A DNA stretch of 64,000 nucleotides from Octopus sinensis (GCF_006345805.1 NC_043013.1:7130001-7194000); one strand, 5' to 3'; shown: positions 50,565 through 63,910, numbered from the stretch's first letter. The notes: a model not told the origin generated them from the sequence alone. Program-made: numbers and translations.

Positions 50565-50782
50565 TAATGACTACAATGATTAATGATTAATACAATTAAT
50601 AATTTATCATCACCAACTTTTAATGTCCATCTTTCATGCTAGCGTATGTTGGATGGTTTGATTGGATGTGATGAGCCAGAGGGTTGCATCAAATAATAAT
50701 AATAATAATAATGAAATTATTGTATACAGTGCTCAGGTGCACCACAACTTGTCAAAAGTGCATATAAAGCATATGCAGTAAT
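50565..50782. repeat. 218-bp copy of 51391-51624 inserted in a family D relic
   Basis: Flanked by a 24-bp direct repeat GATAAAAAAA(T/A)GCCTAGTCAACCT (50541-50564, 50783-50806). Confidence 0.88.
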
Positions 50783-51517
50783 GATAAAAAAAAGCCTAGT
50801 CAACCTCAGTAGAATTTGAACTCGCAATGATAAGCTGGAAGGTATGCTGTTGGGCATTTTGTCAGGTGCAGTAATGATTCTGCCTGCTCATCAAAATCTC
50901 AAAGCTACAAAATAATGCATGATTAACTTAAAGCAATGTGAATAAATAGATATTACTTTTGACAGAATAATGAGAATGATAAAGGGTTTAATAATCATCC
51001 TCAGTAATTGATTCGTAGTTGTATTTATTGATTCTAGTTGGGTGAAATATAATGTTGACCGTTGCGAGATTTGAACTGAGTATGTAAAAAAATATATGTA
51101 AATACTTCAAAGTGATTCTAGGACAACTGTCTCCAAATAATTATTGACCTCTGGGCAATTTTCCTGATTAAGAGTAAATTAAGAAAAAGCACAAGTGTGT
51201 GGGTGCAAATAAATATTAGTTAAACTAATTAAAGTTTTATATCATGTTTCATCTAATATCAAATAAGAAGAATTATCAAATAATAGGATTTATTCTTAGG
51301 TCACTATAATTATCCCTCTGAAATTGCTAACTGTGGACCGTACACAAATACAATAATTAATAGCTGCAACAATTGATAATTGCAAAAAATTAATGACTAC
51401 AATGATTAATGATTAATACAATTAATAATTTATCATCACCAACTTTTAATGTCCATCTTTCATGCTAGCGTATGTTGGATGGTTTGATTGGATGTGATGG
51501 GCCAGAGGGTTGCATCA

Positions 51518-51555
<38 letters not shown>

Positions 51556-52020
51556 AATTATTGTATACAGTGCTCATGTGCACCACAACTTGTCAAAAGT
51601 GCATATAAAGCATATGCAGTAATGTACAAATGTCTGGAAAGTGAACAGTGTATGAGTCAGATACATGCTTACATGTGTATGGAGGGGAGAAAATCAGGTG
51701 TAGTGTTGGCGAATCTCAGGAAGCATGGAAGTTTTGAAGGATGCAGTGCTCCGACAACTAACAACTGATGCCGGCAGTTTGTTCCATGCTTCAGCAACTC
51801 TTAGCGTGAAAAAGTGTTTCCGAAAGTCATGGGAGCTGTGCTGTTTTCTGACTTTGTAAACATGTCCACAGGTGTGAGACAGGTGGAGTTTGAAAAGGTG
51901 CTCAGAGTTATTGTTAGTAAGATTGTTAATAATTTTATGGGTGTCTGCCAAGTCAGCTGCCAGACGTCGGAGTTTCAATGTATCCATGCCCAGTGTCTGT
52001 TGGATGCTTTTCCTATACCA
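51518..52020 (-). mobile_element. CR1-type LINE 3' end
   Basis: MDTLKLRRLAADL...TCGHVYKVRK...FRKHFFTLRVAEAWNKLP...; (ATT)n tail. Confidence 0.9.
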
Positions 52021-52052
52021 ACCATTTTACAGAGTTCAGAGTGGGAGTGCTT

Positions 52053-52456
52053 AGCAGTGATGTGTATAAAAGCAATGTTATTCACTAGTTCAAATATGTT
52101 TCTGGTACATTCGAACCCATAAGCAGGTTGTGTGTTGTTCACTGTGTTTTGTCAAGGAGATAATTTCTCACTGTAGACAAATGGTGTAAATATACCTAAA
52201 TCAGCTCACAGCACCACCTACCCAGACTGTGTTATGTTAGCATTTCAGAGTGTGTTTCTGTGACTGAAGCTGATATAACCACTCACAGTCTGGGCAGGTG
52301 GTCCTGTGAGCTTATTTAATTGTATTTACACCTGTTTGTTAACAGTGAAAAATTTTCTCCATGGCGAAACACAGTGAATAACTTGTTTATGTGTTTGAAT
52401 GTACCACAAACATATTTGAACTGGTAAATAAAATTGCATTTATACACTTCACTGCT
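52053..52456. mobile_element. Palindromic MITE with about 175-bp inverted arms
   Basis: For example GCTCACAGCACCACCTACCCAGACTGTG / CACAGTCTGGGCAGGTGGTCCTGTGAGC and CAGTGATGTGTATAAA / TTTATACACTTCACTG. Confidence 0.8.
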
Positions 52457-52677
52457 TCGATCATGAGCTGAATGTCCCTAGCTGCTAAGTCACGTGCCTT
52501 CACTTCTGTCAAATGTAATGCTTCTTTATTCATTGTTTTGAATTAATCATGCATTATCTTGTAGTTTTGAGGTTTCAGCAATATGATTACCTGTTTTTAG
52601 ACTGACATTGAAGTGTAGGTGTGACAGGCTAGATCTGACCAGTTTTAACTTAAAACAGGTGAAATATTGGACCTGAT

Positions 52678-53050
52678 ATCATCATCATCATCATCACCGT
52701 TTAATGTTCATTTTCCATGCTAGCATGGGTTGGATGATTTGACTGAAGACTGGCGAACCAGATGGCTGCACCAAGCTCAAATCTGATCTGGCAGAGTTTC
52801 TACAGCTGTATGCCCTTCCTAATGCCAACCACTCTGAGCGTGTAGTGGGTGCTTTTACGTGCCACCGGCATGAGGACCAGTCAGGTGATGCTGGCAATGG
52901 CCACGCTCAAATAGTATTTTTTATGTGCCACCTGCACAGGAGCCAGTTCAGTGGCACTGACAACGACCTCGCTCAAATGTTTTTTCATGTGCCAGTATGG
53001 CGATACTGGTAATGATCACGCTCGAATGGTGCTTTTTACATGCCACCAGC
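52678..53050 (-). mobile_element. RTE 3' end (family C)
   Basis: (CAT)n tail and conserved block. Confidence 0.85.
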
Positions 53051-53809
53051 ATGACTAGTTTAAATGCTAAAGAGTTAAAGTATGATGAGAGAGACAGGAA
53101 CAGGGGTCTTGTTTCAGAGGAGATATACATGACTTCCAAAACTGAAAAGGGAGAAATGATGGTGGCAATGACGTGTCAGCATAAGCCTCAAGGCACAAGA
53201 AGATAAATATAGGATTATTAATATTTATTTGCACCTCTCCTCACCCCAATCCCCGTTATTGGGATTTCCAGGACGCAATTATCAGAGGTTAGTTTTACCC
53301 TCCAAAGTATCTTGTTCAACATTCAACTGATGTTTCCAGTCCACTACCAATAAAATAAATTCTACAATAAAGCAATATTGATGTCCTTTACAAACCCAGT
53401 TCTACACTCAAAAGTGCTGTACACACCTGTAAAACACAAAAATGCACCTGTTGATGCAGCAGAAATATAAACAAAACTATTGAAAACGTAATGAAAATTT
53501 TTTAAAAATTGGGGTTAAGAGATAATATGGAGATAAACTGTTGATTCCATCCAGGGAATTTTATATTTTCAGCACAGAAGAATAGAGCTTAAGTACATGC
53601 ATTGCAATGTTGGTTAAGAAGTTTTCAGGTTCAATCTCGTGCTTCATTCCCCCCTTCGACTAGACCTTAAGTAAATGTGTTCTACCATAGCTTCAGGTTG
53701 GCCAAGGACTTGAGAGTTAAACTTAGGAGATGGAAACTGTGTGAAAGCTTAGCAAAGGAATGATTTTTGTTCTTGGCCCAAGAATGTTCTTATTTCTTTT
53801 TGTGGCCGA

Positions 53810-54226
53810 GGCGGTGCTGGCAACGGCCATGTTTGGATGGTGGCACATAAAAAGCACCATCCGAACGTGGCCGTTGCCAGCACCGCCTTGACTGGCTTCT
53901 GTGCCAGTGGCACATAAAAAGCACCATCCGAACGTGGCTGATGGCAGCACCGCCTTGGCTGGCTTCCATGCCGGTGGCACGTTAAATGCACCAACCGATC
54001 GTGGCCGATGCCAGACCCCCCCTGGCACCTGTGCAGGTGGCACGTAAAAAGCACCCACTACACTCGCGGAGTGGTTGGTGTTAGGAAGGGCATCCAGCTG
54101 TAGAAACACTGCCAGATCAGACTGGGGGGCCTGGTGCAGCCCCTGGCTTCCCAGACCCCGGTCGAACCGTCCAACCTGTGCTAGCGCGGAAAACGGACGT
54201 TAAACGATGATGATGATGATGATGAT
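53810..54226 (+). mobile_element. RTE 3' end with internal tandem units of about 57 bp
   Basis: Repeated CCGAACGTGGC..TG.CAGCACCGCCTTG.CTGGCTTC.TGCC.GTGGCAC units, then the conserved block and (GAT)n. Confidence 0.9.
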
Positions 54227-54319
54227 ATGTCAAATGTCTACATCTGATTCAGGACTGATGATGTCTGTTGAGGCAGAAACACTTGGCCATAGCTGTTCCT
54301 CACATCTATCTTTTAATCT

Positions 54320-54672
54320 TTAATCTTTTAATTGTTTCAGTCATTTGACTGCGGCCATGCTGGAGCACCGCCTTTAGTCGAGCAACTCGACCCTGGGACT
54401 TATTCTTTGTAAGCCCAGTACTTATTCTCTCGGTCTCTTTTTGCCGAAACGGTAAGTAACGGGGACGCAAACACACCAGCAATGCTAGGGGGACAGACAC
54501 AAACACAGAAACATGCACACATATATACGACGGGCTTCTTTTAGTTTCCGTCTACCAAATCCACACACAAGGCTTTGGTCGGCCCGAGGCTATAGTAGAA
54601 GACACTTGCCCAAGGTGCCACGCAGTGGGACTGAACCCGGAACCATGTGGTTGGTAGGCAAGCTACTTACCG
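54320..54672 (-). mobile_element. Family A SINE
   Basis: Match to the family A consensus. Confidence 0.88.
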
Positions 54673-56564
54673 AAAACAAAGATTTCATTTTCACTCAGCA
54701 TGTTAATCCAACCATGAACTTATTCTTAATTTTTTTTTTTTGTTCAAATTGTCTCTTTCTTCTCATTCAAAATTGTCAACAATCACTGTTGGGTTTTTGT
54801 TTACTTTCTCTAACTGAAATTTTAATATATTAAGAATTTAAAGTTTACCCTACATTCTGTATACCTTCCTGCCAACTTGCATTTAATATAGAATGTATTA
54901 CACCCACAACTGCAAAGAAAGGACTGAGGAAAGAAAGAAAGAAAGAAAAAGAAAGAGGGAGAGAGAGATTTGATTTAAGTGAGACACAGCTGGTGGTGGC
55001 GGAGAACAATGAAGTTTAGGTGAATTATGAGAGGTAAAAAAATAAACATTAGTGGGGGGTAGGGTGTGTTGTGAAGGGAAGATAAAGAACTTGTGTGGTT
55101 GGGTGGGGCGGAAGAGTTTCAAGTCCACAATTCTATTTGAAAATACTATTGTGAATAAGGAAAGGTATATGTGTGCATGTGTGTGTTGTATTGTATTGAA
55201 TGAGAGAGAGAGAGAGAAAGACAGACAGACAGACAGAGAGGGAGAGATCCAAAATTTCAAACCTGAAGGCCAAGTTAACACAATAAGCATATATATGTAT
55301 GAAGATATACATACACACGCAAGCTGGTCTTTTTTTTGTGAAAGGGGTTTTGTTTGTGTTTTTTTTTGTTTGTTTCCTATGAGATAAAATTCATTATGTC
55401 AAGGTCTGTTCTGTATTTGAGAGAGTTAGGTAAGATATAGTTTTTTTGTCCAACTCTAAAAATCCAAACCCACTTCCTCCTCCTCTGCTGCCGCCACCTC
55501 CTCCTCCCCCTCCTCTTTCTCTCCCCTCTGATATTTAGTTTCTTTCCGATAACCATAGGGTCATGAGTTTTAATCCCTGGACCAGGAGACATGTTCTTTG
55601 TTAACTAGGCCTTCAGGTTTGAAATGCTTGTACTCTCTCTCTCTCTCTCTCTCACTCTATCTATCTCTCTCTCTCTCTCTCATACAGTACAATACATACA
55701 CACGCATACCTTACATGCTTCATTTCACATTGTTTCCATCTCTACTCAGCTGTAAATGAAACCCAGCCAAGAACTGGTGCAACTTTATCTGCCTCAAGCT
55801 GTTACATCTTCCGTGTTCTACTTGGTCAAAGTTATTATATTATGATACTATTAAAAATCCTTACAACTAAGAGCACATGGCATAAATATTTTGGGAGAGG
55901 GAGTCAGTTGGTTACATTGACACCAGTATTTAACTGGTACTTATTTTATTGATACCAAAAGGATGAAAAGCAAAAATCAAACCTCAGCAGAATAATAATC
56001 CGAGCTGGTGTAAGTTCATTAATCCGGTAATCATTAATTAATGAAGTTAACATTTTCGTTAGCAATTTAACTTTTAAGTTAACTTTGGAAATCATTATCA
56101 GACTAATTAACTTCCACTATATAAGCTTCCGTTAACTCAAGTCCATTAACCCCAAAATTTCATAAAAACCGGTAAATGTTTAAAAGTTTCTATTGGTTTC
56201 AGATTGTCTTAGCATATTTAATATTGTACATGTCATTCTTTCAACCCCAATATAATGCCACTTATTATTATAAATAAGTTGTAGGACCTCGTTTGGCCCT
56301 GCCTGGATTTGAAACCAAATCCACCCGCTTGTTACTTGCAAAGACAGCAGGAAATTTGTTTGTCCTGTCAAGGGGGAACAGCGTTTGATGTGTTTCCACT
56401 TGATCCATGACCTTGCTGAGGTGGATGTCAGCAGAGAAAATATTGACTTCCATGAAATGGAAAAAATAAAGGGAAGGAAAGAAATTGGTAAATATTTCGG
56501 TGTGGGGGCCTGCTAGAAAAAGGAGCTGTTTACATGTGATCTTGATGTCACTTTCATTGAAAGC

Positions 56565-56850
56565 ATCATCATCATCATTGTTCGACCATGGTCGAGACAA
56601 TGGAATTTACTTTGTTACGCCAGACTTCACGGTCCATCATAGCATTACGGAGGTCCTGTTGCTGGATGCCTGTATCCCTGGAGATTACATCAGGGTAGGA
56701 GAGTGTGCGCCCTCTGGTATTGCGAGTAGATGGCTTCCAGAGGAGAAGAGTAGAAATTACTTCTTTTTCAGCTCTACAACAATGTCCAGCAAACTGGACT
56801 CTCCTACCTTTCACAAGAGATGACACAGGTGGTAATTTCCCATATATTTG
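56565..56850 (-). pseudogene. RTE/RTEX-like LINE ORF C-terminus with (TGA)n tail
   Basis: IYGKLPPVSSLVKGRRVQFAGHCCRAEKEVISTLLLWKP...RGRTLSYPDVISRDTG...AMMDREVWR. Confidence 0.85.
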
Positions 56851-59099
56851 CATTTTGGTTGGATTGAAAGCATGCAAAATAACCTGGAAAAAAAAAAAAG
56901 ACCCATGAAACAAAACTAACTTGGTGGAAAACTTTGAGGTCCCCACTACCCCTTCCACTTTCCTTTTCTGGAAAAAAGTGGCTTGTGGCAGGTTTTGGAG
57001 CTCAAATGCATTGAATACACCTGAAAAAACTGTGGAAACAAATTATTCCACACCAATGTACAAAATATTTTCTGAAAGAATAAAATCTTGTACCAATTGT
57101 ATTCGTATTTTAATTAATTCAAATTAATGCACCTCATCTTGAAAAACAGCAAAATTTTTGTTGGTTGCCATCGGGGATAACTTTAGTAATATATTAAACA
57201 GGTAAGACACATTAAGAATGTCAATTTTAGTGTTTATCCATAATGTTATTCCTTTTACACCTGTTTATTAAGTTTACCTACCCATAAAATTCAAATTTAC
57301 TCAGCAAGATCAGCTAAAATTACATAAGTATAAACTGGTGATATATAAAAGCACCCACTGACAAAATTTCAAATCTGTATGTAAAAAATTTACAAAGTTA
57401 CAAGCAAATATTGTGGACACTCCTCTTGAACTTGAATAATTCAAAATAACTTTAATAAGCTTTGCATGTGACAGATTAATATGAACACTAAAGATGTTTA
57501 TAGGTATTATTTTTTTTCTTACACACATAACGTGACCTCACTCATTGGGACTACATGTGAGTTACTTTGACATCATCATTCCATAAAATTTGTTTATGAG
57601 GAGAAAAATATTGAAAAATATCAATAGATGTGTGAGAAAGAAATCAGGAGAGAAAATTTGGGATATGCTAGAAACAACAGCCAGATCTCCCTTAAATCAC
57701 ACATTTTCCTCTGAAATTATTAAAAGTTTTTTTCAAAGCTGAAAATGTTTCTTTTGCGGGTTTTAAGTATGCAGTAAAAAACAAAAAAAAATGGCCAAAA
57801 TCATTTTGGACTGGGGTGGTGAGGGGTGGTGGAAGTGAAAGAACTTTCGAAATTCTTTTATTTTTTTTTTTTCATGAAAAGATGCCTCCCTTCATTCTAA
57901 AGACTTTGGTGAAAAACACTGGAAAACAGCTCCATCAAAACAGAAAAATTCCAACTTATGTTGGGTCCTGTGAATTTTCTAAAACTCCTCTTCTCAACCC
58001 CTTGAAAAACTTTTTCCAACAAATCTTTACATTTGCTCGATCTACAGGATATAAGCAATTATTTGGTGAAAGTTTCGTTTAAAAGTATCTATTTTTCTGG
58101 AAGGTATGAGGCAACAAAGTTGGTGGGGTAATAAACTGTAGTTATGCCTTTTTTTCAATAAAAGTTAATGTCAAGTTTTTGATTGTTTGTTTTCTAAAAT
58201 ACCTTAGCCTCTGGATGGATATCTTTTATCAAGTGTCTTGGTCTCTGGTCTTCTGTTTTATTGCTTCTAGGTCCCCCCTTTTACAGTGCTTTAGCCCTAG
58301 AGCTTTCATTTTACTGTACCTTGACTTCAGATGCCCTTATTTTCAGTTTCTTGACTAGCTGCTCTGGTTAGACTCCTTCCACCCCAGCAACCATTCTCAT
58401 TGTTAAAACCATTCACATTTGCATGTGTCCATTGTTAGCACACTTGCATATATATCTGCCATATGTGTGTTTCCAGTAAAAAAAGCTAACAACACCCCAC
58501 ATCAACAAACGACTGCTAAACAACTAAACCATTAATAATGGAATTGTACTAAATGACATTTATGTTCGGATGAAAACAATCAATAAGTTGATCTATCTTT
58601 TTTCCATGGTTGCAGTAGTATTGCAAATGTTATTAGATATAAACTGACGGAACCTAAATAATGGATTCAGCTTGTGTCCACAAAAATCTTTAGTTTGGCT
58701 AGTTTCCAAATTTTATTATTACAGAATTTGACTTTTACCATCTTGATTGACAATTTCAGAATTAACAATATATGTCTTGGGTGTGGGAAGATGTTACATC
58801 TAAATTACACAAACACAATAAAACTCATATATATATTAAATCCATATATTAATATCTGTTTAGCTTGGTGCAGGCATAAGTTGTGTAGTTACGAAGCTTG
58901 CTTCCAACTGCATGGTTTCAAGTTCAGTTCCATTATAAATCACCTTGGGAAAGTGCCTTCTAATTAATATAGCCCCAAGTCAACTAAAGCACTATGAGTG
59001 GATTTGGTAAGCAGAAGGTGGACAAAACCTGTTGTGTATGTGTGTATGTGTGTGTGCGTGCATGTGTCAAAATAAAAATCAAATGGAAATTGTAGTTAA

Positions 59100-59422
59100 G
59101 ATACCTGTGCCGGTGGCATGTAAAAACACCTTCCGAACGTGGCCGATGCCAGCGCTACCTGACTGGCATCCGTGTCGGTGACACGTAAAAAGCACCAACT
59201 GATCATGGCCGTTTGCCAGCCAGCCTTCTTTGGCCCCTGTGCCGCTGGCATGTAAAAAGCACCCACTACACTCATGGAGTGGTTGGCGTTAGGAAGGGCA
59301 TCCAGCTGTAGAAACACTGCCAAATCAGACTGGAGCCTGGCGCAGCCTCCTGGCTTTCCAGACCCTGATCTAACCGTCCAACCCATGCTAGCATGGAAAA
59401 CGGAAATTAAACGATGATGATG

Positions 59423-59425
<3 letters not shown>
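59100..59425 (+). mobile_element. RTE 3' end (family C)
   Basis: Tandem units, conserved block and (GAT)n. Confidence 0.88.
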
Positions 59426-59463
<38 letters not shown>

Positions 59464-60016
59464 GTGAGATCCAAGGATTGAGGTGTAGGAAGAAAGTTAG
59501 CTTCACGATCATTAAGCAAATTAAATAGCTACTTGGTGTTTATAAGAATGGAGAGGTTAAAACTAAACTTAATTCATCCATACCTTAAAGTAAATTATGT
59601 TAACAGTTACTCAAATTCATTCCCACTGCATTGTGCAAAAGTACATTTATATGTGTGTAGGCATCTTGAGAGTCTTTCAAAAATTCTATTAATGATCTAA
59701 TTGGTCCACAAAATAGACAAGGATTCCTTGGAGTAGAGATACCACATGTATGTGTATGCTTACATTTTCATGGATGATTGTATGTGCGAGTATGCACACA
59801 CCATGCATTTATACATCCATATCTGTTAACGGTCATTTTTAGTACTTTTCTTGCTGTATTGCATGTTTGTTTTTTTATGGCATCTATGGTTTTATTTTCA
59901 ATCTTTTATATAAATAAAGACATTTCCTTCGTTTCACCGCTTTTCTTTCTATGAAATAAGATAGATTGCAGAACTGTTATTTTAACAAGTTGTATATATA
60001 TATATATATATATATG

Positions 60017-60203
60017 TGCGGGTGGCACGTAAAAAGCACCCACTACACTCACGGAGTGGTTGGCGTTAGGAAGGGCATCCAGCTGTAGAAACACTGCCAG
60101 ATCAGACTGGGCCTGATGCAGCTTTCTGGCTTCACAGACCCCAGTTGAACCGTCCAACCCATGCTAGCATGGAAAGTGGACGCTAAATGATGATGATGAT
60201 GAT
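60017..60203 (+). mobile_element. Short RTE 3' end
   Basis: Conserved block and (GAT)n. Confidence 0.88.
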
Positions 60204-60529
60204 GTATATATTTATCACCCAGTGAGACACATCTTTACCACTGGATGCTCCTGAAGAAGTTGTTAAGTGTCCTGTACATGAGGAATCAATGTTAGATGTG
60301 TTGAAACAATTGTTGTGATTAATAATAAAAATTCTGGTATATTCTATCTTCTGTCTTTCATTTACCATGTACATAACGAACACTATGAAAGTGACCGTGC
60401 TTTACCAGTAGGCTACCAGGTGTAACCCATTTGTTTTATTATCTAATATATATAAGCACAGGCGTGGCAAATTTCAAATTGCATTTAAGAGAAGAGGAGA
60501 AAAAAAGGACTTGTATGTTTAATCTTTTA

Positions 60530-61140
60530 TCATTTATTTGTTTCAACTATTTGGTTGCAGATGACCACCTTGAAGAATTTTTAGTTGAATGAAACAAAAT
60601 CAGAATTTTTTCTTTTTTTTTTTTCGCCTGGTACTTCTTCTCTCAGTCTCTTTTGCTGCACTGCTGTTATAGGGACATAAACATACCAACACTGTCGAGT
60701 GGTGGTAGTGGTGGTGGGGGAAGACAAACACAAACACAAAGAAACACACAGATAGATATATATACATATATGTGTGTGTGTGTGACAGGCTTCTTTCAGT
60801 TTCTATCTGTTAAATCCATTTACAAGGCTTTGGGCTATTGTAGTAAACTTGCCCAAAGTGCCATGCAGTTGGATTGAACCCAGAACCATGTGATTGGGAA
60901 GCAAGCTTCTTATTTCTTTACTGCCCACAAGGGCCCACACACAGTGGGGACAAACAAGGACAGACAAACAGATTAAGTCGATTATATCGACCCCAGTGTG
61001 TAACTGGTACTTATTTAATTGACCCCAAAAGGATGAAAGGCAAAGTCAACCTTGGCAGAATTTGAACTCGGAACATAACAGCAGATGAAATACTACTAAG
61101 CATTTCGCCCAGCGTGCTAATGATTCTGCCAGCTCGACAC
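60530..61140 (-). mobile_element. Diverged family A SINE (to about 60905) abutting a family D SINE (about 60905-61140)
   Basis: Matches to both consensuses. Confidence 0.75.
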
Positions 61141-61733
61141 CTTCAAGCAAGCTTCTTAACACAGCCATACCTGCACCTATATAATCTCATAATTTTTTTT
61201 TTTCCTAATCATCATATCTACAGCTACATTATCCCATGTGTTCACGATTTTTTAAAAAATGACTTTGTAGGATTATATTGTTCCAAATGTCCATTTTATT
61301 GTGTGACCTTTGGGTGTGTAGGTGGGCAGGTGGGGGATATTTGGCTGTTATTTATTGCAGCATAGCAGCATACATATGACCTTGTCAAAACACCTTTGAT
61401 GTTTCAGAGAGTTCCTCATTGGCACATGCTGTAGTGTCTCTTTAACAATAAGTGCATAAGATTAATTACGTACGTAGCATATCGTTGTCTAGAGCATATA
61501 AATTAAACCTGCAGTTACTCTTAAATCATTTTAAATCTGTCGAGGACCGTTTTATAAGTTTCAATGTCATTTTTACAATCCCGACATTTCCAGTCTTCCA
61601 TCAAGGCTATAGTAGAAGACAGTTGCCCAAGGTGCCATGCAGTGGGGCTAAACCTAGAACCATGTGGTTGGGAAGCAAGCTTCTTACCACACAGCCTTGT
61701 GTGTGTGTGTGTGTATAAATATATATATATATA

Positions 61734-61766
<33 letters not shown>

Positions 61767-61807
61767 AGCATATATATATATAATTATATACATATATATG
61801 AATGTAA

Positions 61808-62057
61808 AGGGTAAAGACCCCCTTCGGTCATGAATGACCATGGGATTGCACCTAGAAAGTTACCCTCCTAGACACAAGTCCGGGCACGGTTGTTTATGGA
61901 AGACCAGCAGTCGCCCATGCATACCAGCCTCCCCTCTCCACGCCACCAGTGTTATCCGAGGGAAAGACAAAGGTCGATACAGCTTGGCACTAGTGACATC
62001 GCAACTCATTTCTACAGCTGAGTGAACTGGAGCAACGTGAAATAAAGTGCCTTGCTC
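61808..62057 (-). mobile_element. Family E SINE 3' portion
   Basis: Same as 26330-26585. Confidence 0.82.
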
Positions 62058-62589
62058 ATATATATATATATACTAACAATATAGGATGAAGTCCCTTTCT
62101 CTACAGAAAAGGATTCCATCAAAAAGCATGGCAGTATATTAAAAAAGCCTTTACGGTTGAAGTATAAACATCTTATAATTAAGGGCTATAGAAGGTTATA
62201 TATATAAGACATCTAAGACATCTGTCCAACCCATGCCAGCATGGAAAAATGGACGTTAAATGATGATGAGGTTGATGATGATGATGATGATAAAGATATA
62301 TTTGTTATATTAAGAATTTCATGCCATTGTTATTAATGGTAAGCTTCCAACAAACTATAATCTGCTCAGAACTGATTTCTTGTTAAACCATTTAATTTTG
62401 TTTACTCAACATATTAACTATTTCTGGGTTCAGTCAAGAACTTGAACGGAGACAAACTCTTTCAGGCTGATCACCACTACCTCACTACCTTTGATATACT
62501 GCATAAAGAAGTATACTACATAATCCCCTACCTCTAGACACAGTCTGAAAATGTAGACTGTAGTGTTCTTCTTTAATTATATATTCATT

Positions 62590-62898
62590 GTTACCTGCGT
62601 CGCCTTACTAGCACTTGTGCTCGTGGCACGTGAAAAAACATTCAAGCGAGGTCGTTGCCAGTGCCGCTGGACTGGCTCCTGTGCATGTGACACATAAAAA
62701 GCACCATTTGAGCATGGCCGTTGCCAGTACCACCTGACTGGCTCTGATGCCAGTGGCATGTAAAAGCACCCACTAAACTCTCAGAGTGGTTGGCACTAGG
62801 AAGGGCATCCGGCTGTAGAAACTCTGCCAGATCAGATTGGAGTCTGGTGCAGCCATCTGGTTCACCAGACCTTATTCAAATCGTCCAACCCATGCTAG
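62590..62898 (+). mobile_element. RTE 3' UTR fragment
   Basis: Tandem units plus conserved block; no tail. Confidence 0.8.
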
Positions 62899-62899
62899 C

Positions 62900-63715
62900 C
62901 TTTTACCTTTTACTTATTCTTAGTGCAAATTTTGAAGAGTGCAGTTCGATTTTAACAGTTATTTTTTCAAAGCTATAATAGAAGTGACAAAGGAGCATAC
63001 TCAGCATATTTTGCTTTATGAGTTCAATAAAGGCAACAATGCAATGGAAAGTGCAAGGAATATTAATGCAAATATGGGGATTGGACAATAAGCATAAGCC
63101 AATGTCAACAGTGATTCCAGAAATTTCAAGCCGGAAACTACAGCCTAGAAGACGAGCCTCATCCTGGATGATCTGTAGAGCTTGACAAGGATGTTCTGCA
63201 CACCCTGGTGGAACAAAATCCCATCGTAACTGTTGAGGAACTAGCAGAGAAGCTTGGATTTGGTATTTCAACAATCATTGAACACAGCTAGAAGAAAAAC
63301 GACCATCTCTGGTTTCAAGACGAAAGGTATTCTTCCATCAGGATAATGCTCGACCACATACAACGAGGATGACATTCCAAAGGCTGGAGCAGTTTGAATG
63401 GGAAACGATGCCCCACTAACCATATTCGCCAGACATTGCCCCATCTGATTGTCATTTATTCTGCAGTCTTCAAAATCATTTGGACGGAAAAAATATGTTT
63501 TCTGTAAATGAGATCAGAACAGTACTGGAGGAGTACTTTCCATCATGGACAAGGAAATTTTGGAAGAGGGGCCTTGCAAATCTGCCAAATAGATGGGAGA
63601 GTATTGTAGAACATGAAGGAGTGTATATTTTAGATTAAAAAAGAACTTTGTTTATCTTAATTTTGAAAAAGAAAAAAAGTATTAAAAAAACTGTATTGTT
63701 TATGGGATGACCCAA
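62900..63715 (+). mobile_element. Mariner family 1 relic with internal deletion, D34D catalytic segment and 3' TIR
   Basis: N-terminus near-identical to 4870-5250; FHQDNARPHT...MPH*PYSPDIAPSD with 34-residue spacing; TIR TTTATGGGATGACCCAA + TA. Confidence 0.93.
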
Positions 63716-63769
63716 TAATAATAATGATTTCCAATTTTGGCACAAGGCCAGTAATTTCGAGGAAAGTGG

Positions 63770-63910
63770 TTAATTGATTACATTGACCTCAGTTGCTATG
63801 CTGGTACTTATTTTATCTACCCCGAAAGGATGAAAGGCAAAGTCAACCTCGGCAGGATTTGAACTCAGAAACATTTTACGCAGCATGTTAACGATTCCGC
63901 CAGCTTGCTG
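63770..63910 (-). mobile_element. Family D SINE fragment
   Basis: CCCCGAAAGGATGAAAGGCAAAGTCAACCTCGGCAGGATTTGAACTC. Confidence 0.8.

Noticed and set aside
53300-53428. Minus-strand exon after a strong TTTTACAG acceptor
   Set aside because: Stops in all frames before a convincing donor.
55710-55749. Minus-strand microexon with good splice signals
   Set aside because: All three frames contain stops.
56330-56460. Possible reverse-transcriptase fragment (ADIHLSKVMDQVETH)
   Set aside because: Similarity to DxSKAFD is too weak to support.
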